A DNA stretch of 64,000 nucleotides, counting the filler, from Phoronis australis (Eukaryota > Animalia > Phoronida), in the NCBI GenBank assembly GCA_002633005.1. It is 9 parts of 9 records of this genome, joined end to end, with 100 filler letters (N's around TTAATTAATTAA, not from the genome) between each part and the next. Parts side by side here need not be neighbours in the genome. Positions count along the whole stretch, not along the records: positions 11,499 to 42,304 come from NMRA01001043.1; 8 more parts are not named here. The stretch is one strand, 5' to 3'. The first letter of the stretch is position 1; every line of letters starts with the position of its first letter. The position numbers were made by a program, and so were the translations under genes. The notes beneath the pieces are model-generated. The model did no database searches and was not told where the DNA came from. It was given only the letters and a program-made list of their open reading frames with translations. Below, piece after piece: positions 25,801-37,800 of the stretch.

Positions 25801-28800
25801 GCATTTGACATTTTCTGATTAACACAGAACTTCTTTCTTGTTGTATTGAAAACCGTAGTATTTTTTGCAAAACAGAATTGAAAAACATTAAACAAACACA
25901 GTTTGGTATTCACCAAGATTTCGTTTACATTGTACATTATGTATTTACAAATTTAATCAAATTGTTTTAATTTGAATCATCATCAGAGGATATAATTCCG
26001 AAGCATGTTAAATAAATTATGCAACTGATTTATCAGAACATGAGCCAAACTGAAATAGATGAAGGAATTTATCAAAAGTAAAACAGTAATTTTGTTGAAG
26101 AACTTATACTGGAGTTGTGACATGCGGTTACAGTTATTTTAATATTTTTACAGCCAACACTAACAGGACCGAGTGTATCAGACGTCTGAGAGTTACACTG
26201 AAGGCTATGGTTGATTCAGATATTGAAAAGGTGGCAGAGAAATATCTCACCGTCCGCCCTAACTGTGAGAATGGAACAGTCTGTTTCCATGACCGCCACG
26301 TGATGATTGACATGATCGCTGCTCTAGACACGCCCATCTCCCAGCGAATGATACTGAAGTATGTCTTCAAGAAATCAGAACAAGACACAGAGGAGATGCG
26401 GAAAGCAATGTTCCACTTTCTGGTTTTGGAACATCCTATTGAGGTGATGTGCAGGAATGAGTGGTGACAAAATCTAAAGCACAATGCAACACCATATACG
26501 AAAACCATTTTGATTTTATCCAATTAGTTAACGATGCTAATTACACTTGATACTACAATACATGGACAGAATGAGTTTATTTGACTCCATGGTTCAATGG
26601 GAGCTTTCGCCACCACTATCCTGATTTCCTCCTGTGTGAAGTTTGAGATTTCCCGTCGTCTATAGCCTTATTAAAAACAAATCTTGGAGCTGCATGGTTT
26701 TTGTTACTTATTACTGTGATTGGATTGTTTATATAATGACAGTGGTTGATTTATTAGAATTAGGAGTTTACCCAGTCTCTGTCTGGATGCTGCGAATGAT
26801 AAGGGCATTGCCTTGAAATTCCACGAGAGCCCCCCCCATTTACAGGCTTAGATGGTCTTAAAATCACAATGTAGTTCCATATGGGCATGAAGTCTCAGAG
26901 CCGCATTTTGTTTTTGTGATTTGATATAGAGCTTTCCACAATGAACATCGTGTGTCGTCGAGATTCAAACAAATATAAGGCTTATGATTATAATGGGCAA
27001 TGTTCCATATTGATCCACACTCCATAAGGTGATGTCGTCAGTACTTTTCCATGTATAGTTTCCCAGTTCGGAAACCCTGGGTGATACTTGGTGTGCTAGA
27101 AATTAAAAGTAAAAATGTGTAATTTCCTAATATATTCCCAAATGCTTACTATAAGAAATCTGTTATGTTGGGAGGGTCCTAGATTATAATATGATAAAAC
27201 AGGGTCACAGAGACACCTAGTGCTAGCTAACTGAAGCTGGTTTTGTCAGTGTTTATGGTGGAGATACCCTATCTCTTCTTATGATAGTCAGCATCAAGAA
27301 CTCATTACTGCACTTTGTAACATTCATTTANACGTTGCTAATTACATGTCATACTACAATACATGGACAGAATGAGTTTAATTGACTCCATGGTTCAATG
27401 GGAACTTTCGCCACCACTATCCTGATTTCTTCCTGTGTGAAGTTTGAGATTTCCCGTCGTCTATAGCCTTATTAAAAACAAATCTTGGAGCTGCATGGTT
27501 TTTGTTACTTATTACTTTGACTGAATTGTTTCTATAATAACAGTGGTTGATTTATTAAAATTAGGAGTTTACCCAGTCCCTGTTTGGATGTTGCGAAGGA
27601 TAAGGGCATTGCCTTGAAATTCCACGAGAGCCCCCCATTTACAGGCTTAGATGGTCTTAAAATCACAATGTAGTTCCATATGGGCATTAAGTCTCAGAGC
27701 CGCATTTTGTTTTTGTGATTTGATATAGAGCTTTCCACAATGAACATCGTGTGTCATCGAGATTCAAACAAATATAAGGCTTATGATTATAATGGGCAAT
27801 GTTCCATATTGATCCACACTCCATAAGGTGATGTCGTCAGTACTTTTCCATGTATAGTTTCCCAGTTCGGAAACCCTGGGTGATACTTGGTGTGCTAGAA
27901 ATTAAAAGTAAAAATGTGTAATTTCCTAATATATTCCCAAATGCTTACTATAAGAAATCTGTTATGTTGGGAGGGTCCTAGATTATAATATGATAAAACA
28001 GGGTCACAGAGACACCTAGTGCTAGCTAACTGAAGCTGGTTTTGTCAGTGTTTATGGTGGAGATACCCTATCTCTTCTTATGATAGTCAGCATCAAGAAC
28101 TCATTACTGCACTTTGTAACATTCATTTAACTTCAGCCACTTTTACCTATCACTTGTTTTTGGTTCAACTTTGGGAACATAAGAATATCACATGGCATTG
28201 CACAGATGACATGTTAATCACTCTTTGTGATGCAGTCATAAAGCTGTTTCATCTTCTCTCATCGCAGCATGCTTTTACCATATTTTCCAAATAGCATGCA
28301 CTCTCAATCATTTTGCTTTCAATTTGTTTGTTACACAATTTCTAGGCGCCATTTTCAAGCCATGAGCTGAGCCAGGGTACATTAAAGCTGTTACAACTTG
28401 TTTCTTTCTTACAGGCTGCAGTCAAGGCTGTTGAAGATCTGTGCTTTGGCAAGCAGTTTGAGTATCATGGTAAGGATTTGCATATATATCATTTCCAGCC
28501 TGCTCTGTATGGAAGCTTACCCAAGGACTTACGTAGAAACATGTGATATAAGCCTCACGTGTGATGTAAGTCCCCATGTGTCATATTAGCCCCATGTGTC
28601 ATATTAGCCCCATGTGTCATATTAGCCCCATGTGTCATATTAGCCCCATGTGTCATATTAGCCCCATGTGTCATATTAGCCCATGTGTCATATTAGCCCC
28701 ATGTGTCATATTAGCCCCATGTGTAGGGCCACTCACATTTTTGGACCTACCAGTAATTATAGTGTAGTGACACGGATTTTCCCTTTTCAAAATCAGGGAA

Positions 28801-31800
28801 ATCCGTTTCAGCAATCCAAGCATAAATTTATTTTTTCTTTTTGCAATTTTCTTTTGTAGTGTGAAATAACTTGAACCCGATCTGTGACTTGCCCTAAGGT
28901 TAACTAGGCCGCCACTTCATTAACACTATACTCGCCGTCATGTTTGTACTTTCCCAAAACCTGTTGGCTGTCAAACTCATCTTGTGTGTTTTGGTCGATC
29001 TTAGTCATTTCTGTGTAAAATGAATTCTGAAGTTGTAGCGATTTAGGATTGTATCATTAGCTTATTGACAGGCTGTTGTTGTACTTGCAGGCATGGACAT
29101 AGTGCTGCCGAACAGAACCAACGAGACGGAGACATTGCGACGCGCTTGCCTCACTGTAGGTGGCATGGCATCAAGTCTGAACAAAACCAACCCAGCGAGA
29201 GCTGCTCAGATTGTCGGCCATCTTACTACCTGGCTGGAGCGGCACAACGGTAAACGAGCCTCAGGATGACTAGTTCTTGATGAGCGTAGTAGATCACGCA
29301 GTATTTGTTTGTTAGCATTGTTAGTTTGATTAGGAATGTCATTTTAGACCAGCCATTAAAGGCGGTGCTGTTTCTGATAAAAATCTTTGCCCAAACTGAC
29401 ATTGTTTGAACAATTGCTTGACATCTGGTTTGCCTGTGAAGAACTGAAAATTAGTCTCCATCAAATCTCCATCAAACTTGTAAAGTGATAAAGGTGAAGG
29501 TCATTATAACAGGAGATGGCAGACGACGTGTGAGATGGGCATGATATTTTGTGGAACATTTGAAGATTTTTTGGGTAACCTCATTTTTGTGTGCACGTGT
29601 CTTGCTTTATATCACTTTGGAAGTGACAGACTGATTAGAAATTATTTGAATCAAGTTATTTGAATCAAATTATTTGAATCAAATTACCGTTGGCAAATGG
29701 TGTTCGTGTTCACTGACTACTCTAAATTCTCCCCAATTTTTCCCAAAATAGTTGCCGAAATGTCTATAATTTTGTTCATTTTTCAAAGATTTTCATTATT
29801 ATTGTGCTAGCCCATAACTTGCTGTTGTACAAAACCTGAATTTAGAAAAGCATTTAATTTTGGGCTTCACATGTTTCATGGAGAAAATTAAAATTAAAAA
29901 ATTTCTCTAGTCATCCATGTTGTGTCTTAAATCCATGATATTTTAGTGTATTGTAATATCTCCCCGGCCACAAATAATTGCCAAAATGTCCTTTTCTCAT
30001 TTTCCCAGCAAGCTGTTCTAACTTTGTTTTGAATACCCACAAATAGTAGAGACCATTTGTGCTATCTGTGGTACAAAATATGGACATAGAAAAACATAAC
30101 GTTCCTGGAAACATTGAAATGAATTTCCCTTTTTGACCATATTTTGTGCTAAATTAATGAGAATTTATACTTGTAGAAAAGAGCGAGCAAGTAAAGCAGT
30201 GTTAAAACAAGATGGCAGACATTTACATATCTTTCACACGTTGTATTTGCTGTCGCAATTTTGTGTTTCATCAACACAACTCTTAATTTGCTTGTTATAT
30301 TGGACAGAAATGTTTTGTGGTGAAATCTGGGTTTGGAAACTGGAAAGGCATTGTAACTATGTATGTTTAGTGATCTCTACTCTCATTGAGGGTGCTTATT
30401 TCCTCTTCAGATCGCACCAAGCGCTCTGCTGATGACATGGACTATGACTATGAGTACTACACGGGCATGATTATGCTGCATGCTTTGAGCAACGCCGCGC
30501 ATCACACTTCGTTCAAGCTGTTCAAGAGATACGCTGAGCCAAACCAGGGTCACTCGGCGTGGCGTAGGGCCGCCTTGGAAGCCATGAAATTCTATCCTCA
30601 TGATGAGGTAAGATGTTTTGTGAGAAAAGTACTCTGGATAGGTCATGAACCACACTGAGAGTGATTGAACTCGCCAACTACGCCAGCTTTAAATTAAATG
30701 TGTTGCCTGTTCCGGGCGTATGGTTTCGATATCTCAGTGGTCAGAGTGCCCGGCTAGTGTTCGGGAGATCTATGTTGTAATCCCTAGATCAGAACAGGTG
30801 AATAATCACCAATGAAAAACAACTAACACAAAAAAGTTTCATCATTCAAAACTTTTTTGAGTGTTGTCCATCAAGCAGAATTCTCTAATCAGTGGTCAAA
30901 ATATGAGACTATCTGCTGGTAACATTAACAGTGCTGTTTTGTTTAAAAAGGTGCACATTGAACGTATTTGTTTTCTCCTCTCCTCTATCATCATTGCTCC
31001 ATCAGATGAATGTATGACCACCACTCCTGCTTAAAGGCGAAGGCAACCTTTTTCCATGTCATTTTGAGCTAAAATAAGGTGGGTTGGTTATCCTAGACAT
31101 ATTTTCTACTAATTACAGCTTTTCATAATTTTGTTGATTACTCGTCCGTTACTCCGGAAGTGACGTTTTAGGAGGCAAGCGTTTCCCGCCACTTGGTTTT
31201 GCGTTGACTTTACCGTGCGAATCTGTTCTATTCTACTTTTGTTTTGTGCTGTTTTTCAACAATTGTGGCCACCACTTTCCATTGGCAAGTATTCTGCGGC
31301 AAGATAGGTTAGTAGAGAACTCAACTACGTTGGATTTAGGGATTGTTAAGTGTGTTGTAAGCTGAAAATGGCTGGAGTCGATGACCCGTATCAAAGTGAC
31401 AGTAGTGTGACGGCCGAGACCTTGCTCACAGTAGTGGTGACGAGGAATTTTTTCACGGACATTCAGTGGGTGGGTACATGTTTGAGCCCGAGTATAACGA
31501 GGCAGAGTACACACAGGTACAGGCAGCTGTTGAGAGAAACGAGGCGGCTACTGAGGACAGACGTGGTGACACATCTTGGTGCAAATGCTCTGTGTGCGTT
31601 GTTATGCCTACCTCAATGGAATGCTTGTGCTGTTCAGAGTTCTACTGGACATGGTTAAGTGGACCTCCGGCATACCACGGACAGAGGAACAACTGTCCCA
31701 CTTGCCAGAGTGTCCCGCGACACACTCCCACTGGATGGTGACCTGAGCACCCAAACTGCATGCTTACATCGTGTCGTGTGACTCCCTCGCCACACACCTG

Positions 31801-34800
31801 GCACCTTCTAAATAGACAAGTCCACAATAACCTTATCAAAGTTTGGCTTACCGATCTGTTCACTGAACGACAAACTGTCCTCTTCACTGGGTGTCGAACT
31901 GGGCCTGTAATCACTCCCACTACTCAATATCGCTGCAGGGCTGCATGCTTAGAGGCTCTGGGCTGGAGAAAACAGCACAGGGTGAATCACTACCGGTTCC
32001 AGGAATTGCACGCTCTGGGGTACGTTCGGAGGCACGGGTGACAGTAGATGAAGTGTCTCCACTGGCTCCAGTCACTGTACTGGCCACAACTCGCGAGGCT
32101 TCTCGCTTCAAAAACGCACTTCTCGGGGGTGGCGACGGGNTTTCAAAAGAAGTGTGAAAATGCAAGCTTTATGGAAGGAGCTGAAGGTTTGCTGCAAGTG
32201 TACCCTAATACAACCAATTTGTAAATGAATGCAAGATTCACTCTAACAGTTGTATTTATTGCTTTTCAAATCTCATGTTGGACTGTTCTACAATGTCAGA
32301 ACACAAATAAACACTCAGAGCATTGAAGTTTGAAGCATACAATCAAACAGCTAGCATTAAAACATAAAAATATGCCAGATATATTCATTTTATATATCAT
32401 CATCTTGTGTGCAGCTTTTGGAAGGGGTGGGGGTTGCAGAAAAGAATGTTCTTGTACCATATTGTGGATTTGTTGATTGTTAGTATCCTTTGAATAGTCT
32501 AAAATCTTGAACGCTGTCCCTCTCTTATTTTGTGCCTTAACTCGAGACTGTGGGATATGCATTCATTTTCAACGTCTTTCTCTTGCAGACGCAACTCTTC
32601 CCTTGTGATTCCGTCTAATAGGGATAAACGTGGGATCCAAGACTTTCTGTCCAAAGGACTTCATTGGGAGATTGAGATACCTGGCTTTTCCTGGACCAAG
32701 GTGATCGGCAGCACTGCCATTGGAGCATCGTTTGGTATCATTCTGAGAAACAAGATGTTTCTGGATCTGAGTGAGTAGGACTCTGTTAGAGCAAGTAAAA
32801 TGAGCATGGGAGATGAAAATTGCTTGAAATACTCCTTGCATCTCTTTGTTCTGTGTTTGGTACCATGTAAGCCTGTTTGGTTGTGCTTAGAAGTGCAGTC
32901 AACCATGATGTTTAGATTTTAGTTGTGTCAAAACTACACATGAGTGAAAATAAGAACTTAGTGTAGAAATTAATGATTGTTTGTCTCCATATTTTGAGTC
33001 GGTGTGCGAGTTGTCTAAGCATGAAAAATAATTTTAATGCCGTACATTAATCGTAATTACTATTATAGGGTGATTTTTGCCTCTTTAACACACTAACAAT
33101 GAATGCTCCCCGTTGAAGACATGTTTATGATTGATGACAGGGCGATTGTGACACAGCCTATACTTGGTATTTCAGAACGCCTTGAGGGCATGTTTATGAT
33201 TAATGTCTATGATACAGCCTATACTTGGTATTTCAGAACCCCTTGAGGGCATGTTTATGATTGATGTCTATGATACAGCCTATACTTGGTATTTCAGAAC
33301 CCCTTGAGGGCATGTTTATGATTGATGTCTATGACACAGCCTATACTTGGTATTTCAGAACCCCTTGAGGGCATGTTTATGATTGATGTCTATGACACAG
33401 CCTATGCTGAGGCCAACCTTGGGATCCTTAATATCAAGTTTGACATGTTTCGACTTCAAGTCTGTTTCCGTGGTTACATCCGATACAATCTCAACATGGC
33501 AAAGGTAATTAGGCCGATTCTGTTAGCGCTAATCCCACTTGCTATAACCTTTATATTAGACACCCATCTAATGGTCAAATCTTTAGAGTTGATAAGTATT
33601 GTCAATTATCACGGCTGGCTCATCATTACATTGGAAGTGTAATGTATTTAAACCTAGTGTATTGTGTGCCCAGTAATACGGGCACCATATCTATAGACCA
33701 CTTGTGCTTTTCCAACCATAGCGGGGTCAACATCGTGTTAGGTCTATAACCATGGACATGAAAAACTAGAATGAGGTCTTATCAATGTCAGGTAAATTCA
33801 CCCTGTGTAGTAGCAGGTATAGCATCATAGCGCCAAGAGAAGTGCGACACAAAACCAGATTGCCTCTTTACCTTGCTAAAGGTCTTATTATGTATGTAAA
33901 TAAAGATAAAAATGCTTAAGTCAACCCATTTTTACCTTTCTGGAGTATATATATACTAGGTAAATATAACAGCAATAATGGATCAACGGAAATTTCGGAT
34001 TTAATAACATCCTTCGTCTACAGAAACAGAAATGAAGTAAAATCAAACACTAAATGACAATTGACATTTAAGATGTGGCATAATGAATATGATTCATTGT
34101 TGCAGAAATAATTAAATGATATAATTTAAGAAGTTTTTATGTTCAATTCATTAGGGTCAAGTGTGTAATTTGTCTATCCAAAATTGTTCTCTTTTGAGTC
34201 TGTGAGGGGTACTGGGGTATTGTAGTTTTTCTATTATTTGTACAGAAAGATCTTGAAAGGTTATGGATTTTGGAATTGAACGATTACCTATAGTATCAGA
34301 AATAAATGTTTTTATATATATTTTATGTTAAATCTATGATATTGCGAGACCGAGTTTGTAGATTATGTTGATTTTTTTTACGCATTTTCTACATTTTGGA
34401 TATATTCTACATTTCGTGAAACAATAATATCCTTGAGAGGATATAGATTGCCTTATTTAGTTTTAGATTTATTTTCTACATTATTTACCAGGAAATCAAT
34501 TGAACTGTTAAATTGTTCAAAGTGGTATTATCTGAATTTCAGGAATTTGGCATCAACTCGGTTCAAGATCTTGTCAACATTTTTGACACACTTTACGACC
34601 AGTTTGTCACGCCCATTGAGACGGCTGTCGATAGTTTCATGGGCATTTTTCAGAGTATAAATAAACAAGGTGGCTTTGGAGTAAGTAAACAACTTTTTAT
34701 GTTGAGAAAGTCTTTATTTTCATGCTGTCATTGTTTTGTGATGATAGTATATACTTGTGAAACCATGATTGCTGTAAATGTAGTGTATACTTGACTGTGC

Positions 34801-37800
34801 ACACATGTTGTGATCTCTCAGGATGTTATTACCATCAGTTCAGCTATATCCATTTCCATGCTGCATTACAATTTAACGGGTCATCCTGCTTTACTGACAT
34901 ATTCTTCCACCATCACTGAAATTGTGTCAAACACCACGTAATTGTTAATGATGAACAAAATCAGCATGCACCAATTTCATGGCACTTTCTTGTATTACAC
35001 TGTGCACAAACTGCACTCTAGTCTTTGCCTGGATGACTACACATTTACTGCCCTCGGCTAAGTTGAAAGTCATCAAAAATCTAGTGGCAGGTGATATTGT
35101 CTTGATTGTTGATGGCACGATTCACCGAAGTTTGTCCCTTGTAATGCAGGTCGCCAGTTTCTAGTTACAATAGACGTGAAATTAGCTGGAAGAAAAAAGT
35201 AACCATTTTCAAGTGCTGTGATGTCAATCCTTTAAATTAATACATAATATTGATACCCTTTCTTGGAATTTGTACTGAACTTGAGCAGGTTATAATTACT
35301 TTACGTTGAAAATTAATGTGAGTTTTGTTGTTTTTTGCAGGCCTTGTTTAAATCTTTCGCCCAGACTATTATTGACCTTCCCAAGAACATTGTCAAAACT
35401 GCTGAAGCGCTTGCAAGCTGGACGGGGAAAACCACCAATTGTCTCCCCTGGGTGACAGCTGTTCGGAAAGTTGTTCTCAGAATCAAGTTCTTCATTAATG
35501 ATGTGAAAATGGACATTGAGAATTTTGTAACGGTAATGCATAAAAAGTTTCTTTGAGCTTTCTATTTTCCAGAAACTAAATACAAATCTAACTTAAAATC
35601 ATGATGGTTTAAAGGGTACTACTGGGGGTATTTAGCATACAACTGGGTACTTTAGCCACAGCAATTGCCATGTTTGAAAATTAAACCGTTAAATTGCTGA
35701 TTGAAAAAGGTTTTTCATAGTCTCGTAGAAGGTATGTTATAAGTAAAATCAACTGAGACTGAAGATTTAAGTGTTCAAACGTTTGGTACTGTATTCTACA
35801 GTCCTTTAATCAACGAATGGTAGAGGGAAGTAGTATGATGTCATAGATGGGTGAAAGCTGCAATCCTTGATCACTGGGCTGTTATGTCACTCAGACTAAT
35901 GACGTAACAATTTTAAGTTGGAAATTGGAAGGAAAAATGTTAGTTTCACAGAAAAGAAGTCAACATAAAAGTTGTGCATAATTTAATGGACATTTTCACC
36001 ATAGTGTAAGTCTTAATCACATCCTTAGTGAAAGTAAACTGATCCACTGTCATCCTCTCATGTCTGGCTCCAGCCATATAATGAAACTATGTGACACTTA
36101 CATAATCTTGTTACTATCTCCCAATTAGTTATCACAGCCATGTGGTTTAAATCAGAGAAATGTTGAGGAAACTGTGAACTATGGAATGTGCATGCTCACA
36201 TATCTAAACAACATCCAGGGCTTTCACAATTTCTGAATGAAAATCACAAGTGTCCTGGGGTGAGTGCAACTCTCCTAGCATGACCCAGTTGTAGATTATA
36301 ATAGTCGATTGAGTACACCCAATGCATTGTTATAGGATAATTGGCGTGTCAGCTGACCTCGCCTGGCACAGAATAAGAGTTAAATCTTCATTAAATTGCC
36401 TCTAATATAATGAAATGTGTTTCGCTGCGAGATTTTTGACTGTCTGAACCCTGTTATTTTTGTGAAGCCTTTTGCCCAAGCCTAACCATTTGTGCTTTCA
36501 ATTATTTTCAGACAATTCTGGATGCCATTCAAGTGACAATCCCTTACGCCATCGAGCAGTTTGAGAAAACTGGCAAACAGATCGTGCAATCCTTAGGTGA
36601 ACTGATTTCAGCGCCATCTAGTGCTCTGGAAGGACTTGGGCAAGCTTTCATCAGGTAGATTGAACAAGTGGGCACATTATGCCATCATCATTTAGTGTCC
36701 TTTTGGTGTCATTTTTCAATTTTTGCGCTCATGACTGTATCTTCTAAACTCACTGCAGGATCTTTATAAATTTAGCAAGTTATGTGAAGTTGACAACGGA
36801 TGACGATGGCTTTTGGATGGATCCGACGAACACTGTGCACCCTAGTGGCAAGTTCATTTTTTCCGTTTTCTCTGTTTCTCTAAAGTTCCTGGACAGATTT
36901 TTATGACACTTGATAATTAAGCACTTCCTATTAAAAGAAACAATGACATGTTCCCCTTTTTGGATGGATTCGCCGTATTTTGCGTCGTCTAGTGGCCATT
37001 TTTTACTGTTTTCTTTCCGCCCCTCAAGATGATTTTGAGAATTGGTGTTTATGTACTTTCTACTGTCACGAGGATGGCTGATGATGATTTTCGGATGATT
37101 CGGACTACTCTGGCACTCTTTAATGACATTTTTTGCATCTATCGATGTATCTCCCAAACCCTCTGCAAGATCTTTATTAAACTTGGCAACTGTATTTATA
37201 TGAAGTTCACAAGAGATAAAGACAACATTAGGATGGATCAGACTACTGCTGTGTCGCCCAAACGACAATCTTATTTTTTTGTTGTCCTCTATCTTTGAAA
37301 CTCCTTTGCAGATTTTTATGAAATGTAATAAACAGTCATTCTGTTTGCGTGGTGTATAGTGGCAATTTTTATTACAATGAAATAGGTTTCTGTTAAGTAG
37401 ATGACAACACCTTCTTATTTTTGGGTGGAATTTGATGTATTCTGTGCCGCCTGTTGGCTATTTTAAAAAATTTTAGGGCGTTTTTGACATCACCCTCTCC
37501 ATCCACCAAACTGCTTGAAGGATCATTTTATTAAAATTTGGAGAGTGTTCCTGATGAGAAGGCCGAGGCTGAAGTTTATTTTCAGACGTCATCTACTCTG
37601 GCATCCCGTAGTGGTAATTTCATGTTTTTTGCGTCCACTGCTGTGTCTCCTTTACACTTTAAAAGATCTTTCTGAAATTTAACTAATGCGTTCTTATGGA
37701 GATGGCAACAGATGACAGCCTGTTTCAGACCAATTCGGCAACAGCTGCGCTCCCTAGTGGCAGTTTGTATTTTTACGTTTGCCTTAATTGTAACTTGGAC

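Larger units (their letters stand above)
31035..32139. mobile_element. Kolobok DNA transposon, internally deleted; left part, cut off by the N at 32140
   Basis: Starts TTAA|AGGCGAAGGCAACC. Its first ~156 bp are the reverse complement of 61452-61607. Contains a KolX-like fragment (+) abutting a transposase N-terminal fragment (-). Confidence 0.85.

Noticed and set aside
30640-30800. Degenerate tRNA-like stretch (ctcagtggtcagagtgcccggctagt…)
   Set aside because: B-box is decayed and there is no second copy in the window; at most an old SINE remnant.
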